From: Candidatus Freyarchaeum deiterrae
Lineage (GTDB): Archaea > Asgardarchaeota > Jordiarchaeia > Jordiarchaeales > Jordiarchaeaceae
NCBI GenBank assembly: GCA_037305845.1
Contig: CP147778.1
Coordinates: forward strand, 96,001-160,000
DNA length: 64,000 nucleotides
Direction: 5' to 3'
Shown: positions 50,513 to 60,692 of the stretch, piece by piece
How the letters are laid out: every line of letters starts with the position of its first letter
Position numbering within the stretch: the first letter of the stretch is position 1
Translations under genes and position numbers: made by a program
The notes under the pieces: model-generated
Told to the model about the DNA's origin: nothing
The model's database searches: none
What the model saw: the letters and a program-made list of their open reading frames with translations, nothing else

Positions 50513-51487
50513 CTAGTATCCTAGGTCTACTCTTATTTCATTTTTGATTGGTTCTTCTCTGTATAATCTCCAAACGTTGTCTAGGGCGAATTTTACGCAT
50601 CTCTTTCTACTTTCTTTAGTCCACCCGCCCATGTGTGGGGTAAGCACCACATTATCCAGTTTTAAGAGAGGATTATCGGGATGAGGGAGGTAATCGTAAA
50701 ATACGTCGAGCCCTGCTCCCGCGATTCTACCGTTTTTTAAGGCGTTGATGAGGGCTTTTTCATCTACGGCTTTGCCTCTGGAAACGTTGATGAGGTAGGC
50801 TGTTTTCTTCATCTGTTGAATTTCTTTTTCCCCGATCATTTCCTTTGTTTCTTCGGTCAAAGGAACACAGAGTGCCGCAAAATCGGAATTCTTCAAAACA
50901 TAGTCTAGGCTATCTAAACCCCCCAAAAAATCCATTTCCACTCCCTCTGTCTCCTCTTTTGAGGATTCGGGGTGCTTCTTTATGGCAAGTATCCTCATTC
51001 CGAAAGCTTTCGCTCTCTTAGCCAACTCTATCCCTATCCTACCCAAACCAATGATTCCTAAGGTTTTATCCAATAGTTCGGTTCCCTCGTACTTATCCTG
51101 GAAGTTTTTCCACTCGCCTCCAATCACTCTGTAGCATTCCTGAGGAAGTCTTCGAATCAGCGCAAGCATGAGGAGCATGGCATGTTCCGCTACGGCTGGG
51201 GCATTACATCCGGAGGCGGTAGCGGTCTTGATTCCCTTTTTTGCTGCGGCTTTAAAATCAATAACGTCCCCACCAGCTGCTGCCGTTTGAATCAGTTTCA
51301 GTTTTTCTGCTTTTTCAATTATTTCGGCTGAAGCCCAGGGCGAGAGCAGTACGTCCGCGTCCTTAATCTCCTCCAGTATCTCTTCCCCAGTGTCTGGAAA
51401 AACCAGATCGACATCCGGGGGCAAACCGTTCCTAACAATTTCTTCTATGTTTTCACCGAAATATTTCCAAAGACAAACGACCTTCAT
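50513..51487 (-). CDS. D-isomer-specific 2-hydroxyacid dehydrogenase
   Basis: VAEHA, GLGRIG, INVSRG, LDVF, TPHMGG. Confidence 0.92.
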   Translation of the reverse strand: MKVVCLWKYFGENIEEIVRNGLPPDVDLVFPDTGEEILEEIKDADVLLSPWASAEIIEKAEKLKLIQTAAAGGDVIDFKAAAKKGIKTATASGCNAPAVAEHAMLLMLALIRRLPQECYRVIGGEWKNFQDKYEGTELLDKTLGIIGLGRIGIELAKRAKAFGMRILAIKKHPESSKEETEGVEMDFLGGLDSLDYVLKNSDFAALCVPLTEETKEMIGEKEIQQMKKTAYLINVSRGKAVDEKALINALKNGRIAGAGLDVFYDYLPHPDNPLLKLDNVVLTPHMGGWTKESRKRCVKFALDNVWRLYREEPIKNEIRVDLGY

Positions 51488-51572
51488 CCTAAACTACTTC
51501 CTAGTCCAAAACTGTTTTTTAAGTAATTAGAGTTGAATTATTAAAAAAATTTGTGTAAAGAGAATAGAGGAA

Positions 51573-54500
51573 CTACTGATAGGTGAATAAGTTTTTATTG
51601 TATGGTACAATGGACGCTAGCTTTTCTCTCATTGGTGGGGGGGTTCCGAGCAGGTTCTCGGCGGTGTTTGTGACTATTATTTCTAAGGTGTTTTCGCCTT
51701 TTTGTACCAGTTCTGTTATGTCTATTCTGTATGGTGGCCATAGTTTTGGACTGGTTTCTTTTCCGTTAATTTTAGCTTTGAAGGCGTTTTTGAAACCGGA
51801 ACACTCTAGCATAAGTTTCTTTTCCAAGTATTTTTCATCTAGGGTGAATTTTTGTTTTAGGGTGATATCACCGCTGTAATTGGGAATTCCCATTTCGGTT
51901 TCTGTTTTTTCTTGGACTATAAATTTCGGTTCATCAATTTTATGATCTTTAATCGCAAAGTTTCCTACTAGCACTACTGGTTCTATACCGTGGGTGCTTG
52001 GGATTTTGTCTTTGAACGCGGGGTATCTGGTTTTAATGGTAATTTGATTTCCTCCTTTTTTCAAGTACTTCTTAATCTCCAAGGAACGGTTGCTTCGATC
52101 CCAGAGAAAACATTTTTGCGGTTCCTCCTCCACCTTGGATTTGTTGATGTAAACCTCAAACGGTTTTCCAAAATTCTCATAGACCAACTGAATCTGTTCG
52201 GGAACGTGTTTCATTTCAAACTCGGTGGTCATTTCGTAATCGCTCCCAAGGGGGATAAGCTCTACAGAAAGACCCGCTCCACTCTCCCTTGTCTTCGCCT
52301 CTATAATGTCCAAAACTTCGTAAAAACTGTATTCTTTCATATTAATGCCGAGGAGTTTGGTGACTACGGGAATCTGAGAAAACAATTCGTCTACTGGTCT
52401 ATATCGGCTGACCATTACCGGTTTTTGACCATTTTTCTTTTCATCTTTCTCGGCAGATTCAGAGCCTTCTCCGACTCTTATTCTCCACGGTTCTAAAACC
52501 ATGTAGTTAGTCGGAATTTCCACACTCCACTTCGATATGGTTATTGGTTCGAGAAGTGCCTGCGGTTCCGTTGCCAGTTTACGTCCCTCAAACATGGCTT
52601 TGGGTTCGGAAATTCTTGAATACCCCGTAATTTTTTGTGCGGTTTCATAAATTCCAGTAATGTTAACGTTAGATGAAGTTAAATGCTTGTTTTCTTTACT
52701 CTTTTTCACAACAAAATAAACACCCTCATAGGGCTCAAAGAGGTACGGAATTATGGTTTTCCCCTCTTCTCTACGGTAAATGTATACCGGTGCTATTTCT
52801 CCTGTCTCTGGATCCCATTTCTCAAGTTTACCACTCGCGACGCTTAGAGTAACTTCCCCTTCAACTGTTCCCTCCGATAAATTAGCCACAAAATAAAACT
52901 CATCTCCTCGTATACTGCGGTGCAAATAGATTAGGTTTCGACTATTGGGAGAATTTATCCTTAGATCGCTATCGATTAGGTTGTTTAGTACCTCCTGAAG
53001 AATTTTTTCTAGTCCTTCACTATTCAAATCATCAGGCAGAGGAACGAAAACCGCCTGCCCTCCACCATTACTCTTATTGCTGCTTTTCTTTTTGTTCAAA
53101 GCCGCATCCGAGAAAATATCCTTAGTATCAGCTTCAATTTTGGGGTCATTCATTTTCGCATCGGAGTTGGTGGGAAGAAATCCGAGGCTGACCACGATTC
53201 CACCCTTCTCATAGAAGTCTTTTGCCAGTTTAATAACCTTGGCTGGTATCGTGGTCATTGGTGGGAGGATGAGAACACGGAACTTCTCATCAGCCACTCT
53301 TAGATAGTTGCCATCTATGCTTAGCAAGTTATCAAGAACCTCATCCTCAAAAAGAATATCGTAATCTCTTTGAATTCTCAGAAGCGCAGTGCTAATCATT
53401 CCAAAATATTTCACAATTTTTTCAAAAACCTCGGTTTCTGCTCTTAGAGTGTACTCCGCCCACAACGATCTGACTGGGCAAAGTAGCAACACGTCAGCAA
53501 TGTGTGTTCCCGAACTGTTGAGGTAGCTAAGGCGTGAAATATAATTTGAGAACGCCGCGTAGTACTTCCACCAGGGTTCTTGGACAAAATGAGATGTTGG
53601 AAAATCCCTTTTACGAAGACCTTTGAGTGAGAGGTGCGCCGCGTGATGGTTCATGAAGTTAACGCCAGTAGCCTGCAGATAGTTCACCAGATTCTTGAGG
53701 GACATTAGTGTGACACCCCAGCCGCCACCACCACCATACTCACAAAGCACCAACCTTTTTCCATTAGCGTGCGCGATACTACTCACTATTTTCGAAGCCA
53801 AGACCGGAGCCTTAAGCAGAGGAATTTCATCGTAACCAGTTTTACAGCCCAACCAGTCCAGCCCTGGCATATCCATCTCTTTTAGTGCAGTGTAAACATT
53901 ACCATGGTAGCATGGAAGCGTTTCCATTTCTTCCTCCATAAACAGATGCCCAGTGAACTTCAAACGGTTCTCTTTGCACCACTTTCCAATTTGTCCATAA
54001 AACGCCTCGGAGAACAATTCGGATACCATACCAAAATAATCGCAGCGGGTCTTAACATAGTCACCCACATTAAAAGCCAACTCATGTATTTTTTCCTCTA
54101 AACTGTAACCCTTTCTCTTACTGAACTCCTCCAAGAAATTTCTCGTCCACGGTAATCCTCGGTAATTAGCTGGCTCATCGGTAAATATACCAGGTATTAA
54201 ATCTCCAAAATCTTTTCCGAAACGTTTCTTGTACTCTTCATGTGTACAATTAATAAAACACTTAACAGCATCCTTGTTCAAAAGATCAAGGTAGCCTCCC
54301 TCATTCTTTGCCCAAGAGGCACAGGTGCTGGAAAAGAAAGTGTCGGAGTTAGTTCTCTCGGTGAAAACTGCTACATCCCAGTTGCCCAGCTCGGGCTGAA
54401 ATTCCAAAAGGGAGCCGGAAATTTTATCCTTTAAAGAAATAACTTTATTCCTGGACTCGCTTATCGCTACTGCTGTTATAGGCTTACCTTGTACAGTGAT

Positions 54501-54884
54501 TTTAACCGTTTTCCCCATTTCCGCCTTTTCATGCTTGGTATCAAGATAAATCTCAGAGTACTCTGGGTGTTCGCGTAGAATCTTTCCACCTGCAACACCG
54601 CTTGGCCAGTTGTACTCATCATACAGCCAAGCCTTTAATCCATACTTTCTACAGGAGTCTATACAATAAGCAATTTTATCCCAGAAACTTTGAGTTAGGT
54701 ACTCAACATCCATGCCGGTTCGGGGATGCAAAAAAACTCCGGAGTGACGCTTTTCGCTTAACTCTTGGAGAAACCAGTCTATCTCCTCTCCGGGAAGGTC
54801 GTTGTTCAGAAACCAGAAAGGGGTAGGACCGTAATCCTTCAGGGGCTTCTGAAAATTCTCTTCAAGGAATTTTTCATTCTCCAT
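51573..54884 (-). CDS. GH106-like glycoside hydrolase (alpha-L-rhamnosidase family)
   Basis: PFWFLN, WLYDEYNWPSGVAGG, FTDEP, GHL..EE, C-terminal LWPPY..DIT. Confidence 0.85.
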   Translation of the reverse strand: MENEKFLEENFQKPLKDYGPTPFWFLNNDLPGEEIDWFLQELSEKRHSGVFLHPRTGMDVEYLTQSFWDKIAYCIDSCRKYGLKAWLYDEYNWPSGVAGGKILREHPEYSEIYLDTKHEKAEMGKTVKITVQGKPITAVAISESRNKVISLKDKISGSLLEFQPELGNWDVAVFTERTNSDTFFSSTCASWAKNEGGYLDLLNKDAVKCFINCTHEEYKKRFGKDFGDLIPGIFTDEPANYRGLPWTRNFLEEFSKRKGYSLEEKIHELAFNVGDYVKTRCDYFGMVSELFSEAFYGQIGKWCKENRLKFTGHLFMEEEMETLPCYHGNVYTALKEMDMPGLDWLGCKTGYDEIPLLKAPVLASKIVSSIAHANGKRLVLCEYGGGGGWGVTLMSLKNLVNYLQATGVNFMNHHAAHLSLKGLRKRDFPTSHFVQEPWWKYYAAFSNYISRLSYLNSSGTHIADVLLLCPVRSLWAEYTLRAETEVFEKIVKYFGMISTALLRIQRDYDILFEDEVLDNLLSIDGNYLRVADEKFRVLILPPMTTIPAKVIKLAKDFYEKGGIVVSLGFLPTNSDAKMNDPKIEADTKDIFSDAALNKKKSSNKSNGGGQAVFVPLPDDLNSEGLEKILQEVLNNLIDSDLRINSPNSRNLIYLHRSIRGDEFYFVANLSEGTVEGEVTLSVASGKLEKWDPETGEIAPVYIYRREEGKTIIPYLFEPYEGVYFVVKKSKENKHLTSSNVNITGIYETAQKITGYSRISEPKAMFEGRKLATEPQALLEPITISKWSVEIPTNYMVLEPWRIRVGEGSESAEKDEKKNGQKPVMVSRYRPVDELFSQIPVVTKLLGINMKEYSFYEVLDIIEAKTRESGAGLSVELIPLGSDYEMTTEFEMKHVPEQIQLVYENFGKPFEVYINKSKVEEEPQKCFLWDRSNRSLEIKKYLKKGGNQITIKTRYPAFKDKIPSTHGIEPVVLVGNFAIKDHKIDEPKFIVQEKTETEMGIPNYSGDITLKQKFTLDEKYLEKKLMLECSGFKNAFKAKINGKETSPKLWPPYRIDITELVQKGENTLEIIVTNTAENLLGTPPPMREKLASIVPYNKNLFTYQ

Positions 54885-55711
54885 GACGTCTCCCGTAATT
54901 AAAAGTCGTTAATAATTAATAAATATATCACAACAAATGTTCTCATACTAACATCCCTTATACTCTAAGGAATTATAACAGATTTACCTATTTTTTTATA
55001 AGATAGATTTAAAAATTGGCATTAATTTTAGAGTAAATCTTTACCCAAAAGCTAATTATCTGAATAAAAAATTCTAGAAAAAATTTCATTGATATAAACG
55101 TTTTAATGAGGAGTTTTATTGATTAGAATATAAAAGATGGAATAATATGTAGTTCACTTGAGATACATTAGGTAACGAGAAAATTTTGGAAATAGCAACA
55201 TTTATGGGAAGCTTCAACGGGATAAAAAAATAATTAATGCGAAAAGACAAGCGTCTGAATATTATCAGAATAAGGAGTACGAAAGCATGAAAAAAGTAGT
55301 ACTGTGGGAGAAAGAAGACGGAATTGCAACCATAACACTGAATAGACCAGAATCCCTAAACGCGATAAACAGGGAGTTAACTGACCAGTTCTACGACACC
55401 CTAACCGAAATTGACCGTGACTGGGACGTGCATGTGGTTATTCTTAAGGGAGCGGGTAGAGCTTTCTGTACCGGGGCGGATCTCAAAATGATTTCAAATA
55501 TTTTAGAGAAGGGAGCGGATTATATTTACGAAACAATGTTTAAGGTTCAACAGGTTAATTTTCTTCTCAAAACGCTGAGACCCCCAGTAATAGCGGCAAT
55601 GCACAAATACGCCCTAGGAGGAGGCTACGAGTTCGCCGCTTCCTGCGACTTCAGATTCTGCACCGAGGATACTATAATGGGTCCCATAGAAATAGAAGTA
55701 GGATTGCTTCC

Positions 55712-55870
55712 GTTTCTGGAAATGTGTATATTTCTATACGGCGTTTCCATTCGGAGCGTTGGCCGTCTCAGTCCAACCCGCTCTGGCGACATCAGGCTTG
55801 TCACCAGCGTACAGGTATTCCTCCTTCAGCGTCGGCCAAGAGGCGTCCGCACTCACGGTAAACGGGTAGC
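55712..55870 (-). ncRNA. Putative TnpB omegaRNA/reRNA scaffold
   Basis: GC-rich stems such as CGCTGGTGAC..GTCGCCAGAGCG between the tnpB Zn-finger and the right end, the known position of omegaRNAs; boundaries approximate. Confidence 0.5.
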
Positions 55871-56176
55871 CGCACAGACGCAGACCGCCCCGGAGTATCG
55901 CCAGACTGGCGAGCCTGTCCCGGTGGTAGTCCACGCCACAGGTTTTTTCGCATCTGCTTATCACCCACGCTGGGTGCTTCAGGTTTTCACCGCAGACGGG
56001 ACATCGGGAGGAAGTCCCCCGTGGGTTCACGTAAAGAATCCAATGTGAAGACTAAAAGTCATAGTATGAATTTAAGTTTAATCTGGAAAAAGTGGTCGTT
56101 TAAAGTTACATGTGTAAGGGTTTTCTTCTCTCTCTTGCTCTTTTGATGCTTCTACTTGCGTCGAGGACTTCTGCAT
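55734..56176 (-). pseudogene. tnpB: TnpB remnant (short N-terminus MQKSSTQVEA plus Zn-finger/RuvC-III C-terminus)
   Basis: VNPRGTSSRCPVCG...CEKTCG..YHRDRLASLAI. Confidence 0.85.
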
Positions 56177-56881
56177 TACAGGAAAATATATGTTTATACA
56201 CTTTTCCCTCAACAGTTACACGCCCTTTTTCACCGGTATGACTATTATGCCCCGAATTTTGGGGTCCCAGATAGCGAAGAAAACAATCCTAACTGGTGAT
56301 AGATTCGACGCTCGGTACGCTAAGGAGATAGGGTTCGTCTTAGATGTAGTTCCGGAAGAAAAATTAATGGATGTGGTTACTGAGTTTGCGAAGAAACTGA
56401 ATAGCAGGAATTCGCTTCTGCTCTCTTTGGGGAAAATGATTATTAATAGAGCATTAGCTTCAAATATCTCCTCAAACCTCAAAGTTGAGGCGGAGATAAT
56501 AAGAATGTTTTCCTACGGAAAGTTTACACAGGAAAACGTTAAGATACTTTTAGAAAAGACCAGAAAGGAGTTATGAAAATCAAAGTAAGTCAAGTTCTTG
56601 GGTGTATCAAAGCACATCAAAAGCAACAAGATTACCGCAAAGCAGTTTCATAAATATCTCTCAAACTCTAACAGCCATTTGGACCTCAACCAAAACCTTA
56701 TCGCTAAACTTTTTTAGAAAAAGATTAATGAAAACAAAATATCAGCTAAAGAGAAGAGTTTCTCAATAGCCATAATTATTCAACATTAGTGATTAATTTA
56801 AACATAAAAAAAGGATGTGTAAAGAGCGCAGCTTGGTCTCGGACTAAAAATAACCGAGTCGAGTGGCTGCAACTTAATTCT

Positions 56882-57508
56882 CTACTTGCCTACGATATCC
56901 GCAAATCTTTTGGTCACTGTAGCCCAGTTGACAATGTTCCAGAACGATTCAAGGAACTTGCCTCTATCGTTCTTGTAGTCAATGTAGTATGCGTGTTCGA
57001 AGACATCGACCACCATTACGATTCTGAACGTAGGGATAACATTGGTGTTGTGTTTCTCAAGCTGCATTATTATCGGTCTCTTGGTCTGCATGCAGTAGGC
57101 CAGCGCCGCCCATCCTGAGCCTTCTACGCTGGAAGCGGCTTGAGTGAATTCTTTCTTGAACCTGTCGAAGCTTCCGAACTCTTCGTTCAGGGCGTTTGCA
57201 AGAGGTGCGCCTGGTTTGCCGCTTTTGGCCGCGGGCGCTAGGTTATCCCAGAAGTACGAGTGCATTATATGTCCTCCAACATTCCAAGACAGCTCCTTGC
57301 ATGTAGCTTTCATGTCTACGTCGGCATTGTCTTTTCGGGCTTTGTCAAGTTTTTCAAGTAATGCGTTTGCACCATTAACATACGCTTGATGGTGCTTTGT
57401 ATGATGTAACGTCAATTGTGCCTCAGACATTTGAGGTTCAAGATCCTTATATCCGTAGGGCAATTTTGGCAAAGCATAAAACTTGGGCTTAGCCTCTTTA
57501 GAACTCAT
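56882..57508 (-). CDS. sod: Fe/Mn superoxide dismutase
   Basis: [22 protein letters not shown]. Confidence 0.96.
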   Translation of the reverse strand: MSSKEAKPKFYALPKLPYGYKDLEPQMSEAQLTLHHTKHHQAYVNGANALLEKLDKARKDNADVDMKATCKELSWNVGGHIMHSYFWDNLAPAAKSGKPGAPLANALNEEFGSFDRFKKEFTQAASSVEGSGWAALAYCMQTKRPIIMQLEKHNTNVIPTFRIVMVVDVFEHAYYIDYKNDRGKFLESFWNIVNWATVTKRFADIVGK

Positions 57509-57715
57509 ATATAATAACCTCCTTTTATATTCCCATTAACCCTTGAATCTATCTTTTTTTGAGGAATTTTCTCTAAAAATCCCTCCGACAGATTCTATAC
57601 CTCCTCTTTGGAATTGGGTATCCCTTTATCCTCAATCAAAGCAAATTTAGGGATATACATTTATTAGTAAATAGTTAGCTTATAAATTTAATTGGAGTAC
57701 TTTTAAAAATTTATT

Positions 57716-60220
57716 TTACATGCCGAATTTTCTTACTAAGAAAACTTTGACAGGATCATTTACTAGTAAGCAGGATGCGAGTGGGAAGGCTAGAGCTACC
57801 AGAGTTCCGATAATGCCAATTGGAGCGAGTTCGTATAATCCTAAAATAGAAATTAGTGATACAACAATTACGTCGAGCAAAATAGAAACTGTAAGGGTTT
57901 TACTGGGCCTTGAGTTCCAGAAGTGCTTTCGCTCTCTTAGTATTATCACATTGAACAATCCAAAGAAAACCAGAAAATCCAAGACAAAAGTGTATAACTC
58001 ATTAGCATTGTTATATAATCCGAAATATTCTCCGAGGTAAAGTAATATCATGGACTCAATTATCATTAAAATGCCTAGGAAAATTGATAATTTAACGAAC
58101 GCGGTTACGTTCCATTTATCAGGTTTACTCGAATACCTAGCATTATCAGTTGAAATTGATATTGTAACAAAATCAACCAAAAATAGAAAGAGCACCATGC
58201 TAAATATCGATACCACGTACTTTCCTGTAAGAAGAAAAGCCAGAATTATGAAGATGGCTACTTGAAATGTTTTGACTATTTTATTTATTGTATAGGTGAC
58301 TATTCTCTGGTATATTTTCCTTCCATTTTTAACTGAATCCACTATGCCTTCCAGCCCTTCTGTAGTTAGAACCAGGCTGGCTGACTCTTTTGCTACATCG
58401 GTTGCGTTGCTTACAGCTATTCCCACCTCAGCCTGTTTTAAGGCGGGAGCATCGTTAACCCCATCACCAGTCATACCCACAATATGATTCCTTTTCTGTA
58501 GACTTTTAACAATATTGTACTTGTCTTCGGGATAAATTTCGGCGAACCCTTCACTCTGTTCTATAATCCGGGAGCGCTTATCTTCTTTTTTAATATCTTT
58601 AAGCTCCGACATTTTAGCTATATTATAGCCCAAGCCCAGTTGCTCAGCAACTTCCTTAGCTATCGGTTGAGCGTCACCAGTCAACATTTTTACGGAAACA
58701 CCTAGTTCTTTAAGCTCTCTTATAAGATTGGAAGAATCTGGCCTAGGTTTATCGTAAAGAGCTACAACTCCCACTAACCTGATATTGTCATTTGTGGATC
58801 CTTCGGCGACGGCTAGTACTCTGTAACCCTTAGCGGATAAGCTTTCCACATCTTTTGCAATCTTTGAACATTCTTCTTGACAGCTTTTTGATAGAGAGGC
58901 TATAGCGTTAATTGCGCCCTTCATCACAAGAAATTTTTGTCCATCTTTTTCTATCGTAGCTTCTGTTCTTCTGGTTGACGGATCGAAGGGAACAAAATTT
59001 TTCTGCGAGTAACTATCTAATGGAATTTTCATGTTTCTAGCTGCTGAAACAAAAGCCAAGTCTATGGGGTCCTGATTCGCCTCCTGAGAGGCTAGTGCAC
59101 CGTATAGTATTACATCTTCTTTTTTATAGTCTTCAAGGGCTTCAATGTCTGTTACCGAGAGCTTGTTCATAGTCATTGTACCGGTTTTGTCCACGCAGAG
59201 AACATCCATCGAAGCCGAGTCCTCGGTAGCACTCAATCTAGTAACCAGCACCCCCTTTCTTATGAGTTCCAAAGAGCCTAGCGCCATGCTTATAGTAAAC
59301 ATCGTCGGCAACGCAACGGGTACAGCCGACACTAGAAGAATAACGGCTAAGGGAAGTATTCCATAGAGGTTCGTGAGTTCCAAAGAGCCTAACGTCATGC
59401 TTATAATGAGCATAGTTGGCAACGTAACAGGTACAGTTGATACTAGAAGAAGCGTGGCTGAAAAAAGCGTTTCATAGAGATTCATACTTTGTAATATCGT
59501 GAAAGCTAGAGCGACTAAAAGTAGGATGCTTACCATTATAACAAGCCATCTTACCACTTTCAGAATGGCTTCTTCCATATGTGACTTGGGCTTCGCTATT
59601 TGGACCAGTTCTACAGTTCTTCCAAAGTAAGTTTTTGTGCCCGTCGAGGTAACAACTCCAGTGACTTCGCCTCTCTTAACCGTCGAGCCAGAAAAAAGCA
59701 CATCATCAACATTTTTTTCAACTGTGAGAGATTCTCCGGTCAGAGCGGACTGATCCACTTCCACATTACCTTCAGCCAACTTAACGTCGGCAGGAACAAA
59801 ATCACCCGCCCTCAATCTAACAACATCCCCGGGAACAAGCTCTCTAGCTGGAATCAAAATCCACTTACCATCCCTCTTCACTCTCGCAGTAATTCTCAGC
59901 TTTTGCTTGAGAAAATCGAGGGCGGAATTTGCTTTTTCCTCTTGAGCAAAGCTAATAATAGAATTAAAGATCAGGAGACCCAATATGATAATCGTCTCAG
60001 GATATTTTCCCAAGAGCCAGGTCAACACTATTGTTATCTCAAGCATCCAAGGAATAGGTCCCCAAAATTTTTTAACAACACGGGTAATTCGTCTAGTTTT
60101 AATTTCGGGAACCTCGTTGTACCCGTACTCACCTACCCTCTTTTGAACCTCTTTTGAACTCAATCCACTTTCCAAGTTCGTAGTGAACTGTTTTTGTGAT
60201 TTGTTATCGACTGTTTTCAT
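57716..60220 (-). CDS. P-type IIIA (plasma-membrane H+-efflux) ATPase with duplicated M4 segment
   Basis: TGES, DKTGT, KGA, TGD, GDGVNDAP; PVALP in M4. Confidence 0.92.
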   Translation of the reverse strand: MKTVDNKSQKQFTTNLESGLSSKEVQKRVGEYGYNEVPEIKTRRITRVVKKFWGPIPWMLEITIVLTWLLGKYPETIIILGLLIFNSIISFAQEEKANSALDFLKQKLRITARVKRDGKWILIPARELVPGDVVRLRAGDFVPADVKLAEGNVEVDQSALTGESLTVEKNVDDVLFSGSTVKRGEVTGVVTSTGTKTYFGRTVELVQIAKPKSHMEEAILKVVRWLVIMVSILLLVALAFTILQSMNLYETLFSATLLLVSTVPVTLPTMLIISMTLGSLELTNLYGILPLAVILLVSAVPVALPTMFTISMALGSLELIRKGVLVTRLSATEDSASMDVLCVDKTGTMTMNKLSVTDIEALEDYKKEDVILYGALASQEANQDPIDLAFVSAARNMKIPLDSYSQKNFVPFDPSTRRTEATIEKDGQKFLVMKGAINAIASLSKSCQEECSKIAKDVESLSAKGYRVLAVAEGSTNDNIRLVGVVALYDKPRPDSSNLIRELKELGVSVKMLTGDAQPIAKEVAEQLGLGYNIAKMSELKDIKKEDKRSRIIEQSEGFAEIYPEDKYNIVKSLQKRNHIVGMTGDGVNDAPALKQAEVGIAVSNATDVAKESASLVLTTEGLEGIVDSVKNGRKIYQRIVTYTINKIVKTFQVAIFIILAFLLTGKYVVSIFSMVLFLFLVDFVTISISTDNARYSSKPDKWNVTAFVKLSIFLGILMIIESMILLYLGEYFGLYNNANELYTFVLDFLVFFGLFNVIILRERKHFWNSRPSKTLTVSILLDVIVVSLISILGLYELAPIGIIGTLVALAFPLASCLLVNDPVKVFLVRKFGM

Positions 60221-60617
60221 TGAGACCCGCTCAAATTTTACTAGGCTTGACTTTTAAAGATTTTAGCCTGCAAACTTTATGATTTAATTCTAAAATAGTG
60301 GATTTAGCTGAGAAGTTATATTACTGTTTTCTCCCAGACACTAACTAAGTTACTGTTACCCTATTCCCATAATCCGAATTGAGGATATGTAAAGCCAGAA
60401 ATCGTTTTTAATATTTTCTCTACTTAACCCAAGTTCAATAATTTTTCCACTCTTCCTACTGTTTACCCCTAGCCCAATAATAGAATCATGAGAAACCGGT
60501 GAAGTTGGAACCGGCATGAACGGACACCTGAAAACCATAAAGTCGAATTAACCACTCTCTATATTATTTGCTAAACGAATTTTACCAAAAAAAAGTAAAA
60601 AGCGTATTAGAAAAAGA

Positions 60618-60642
60618 GGTGACTCCGCTAAGCGGAGTTACT
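60618..60642 (-). terminator. Hairpin downstream of the ABC permease
   Basis: GTGACTCCGC-TAA-GCGGAGTTAC stem flanked by T/A tracts. Confidence 0.55.
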
Positions 60643-60692
60643 GTTTTTGAGATAGTTTTTCGTGAAACCAAGAGTGCGATATGGCGGTTCTC

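Larger units (their letters stand above)
55710..56222 (-). mobile_element. Non-autonomous IS607-like (tnpB-carrying) element, 513 bp, internally deleted
   Basis: tnpB C-terminus; only a CC/GG dinucleotide is shared at both junctions; no TIR or longer TSD; TATA.ACAT...TTTCC.G motif near both ends; no tnpA. Confidence 0.8.
55287..56576 (+). pseudogene. Enoyl-CoA hydratase/isomerase interrupted by an IS element
   Basis: TLNRP..LNA, AFCTGADL, ALGGGYE; removing 55710-56222 restores GLLPFFTGMTIMPRILG in frame. Confidence 0.9.

Noticed and set aside
60356-60538. 60-aa ORF upstream of the ATPase
   Set aside because: No recognisable motif, and its duplicated copy near 63.5 kb has stops; probably a remnant.
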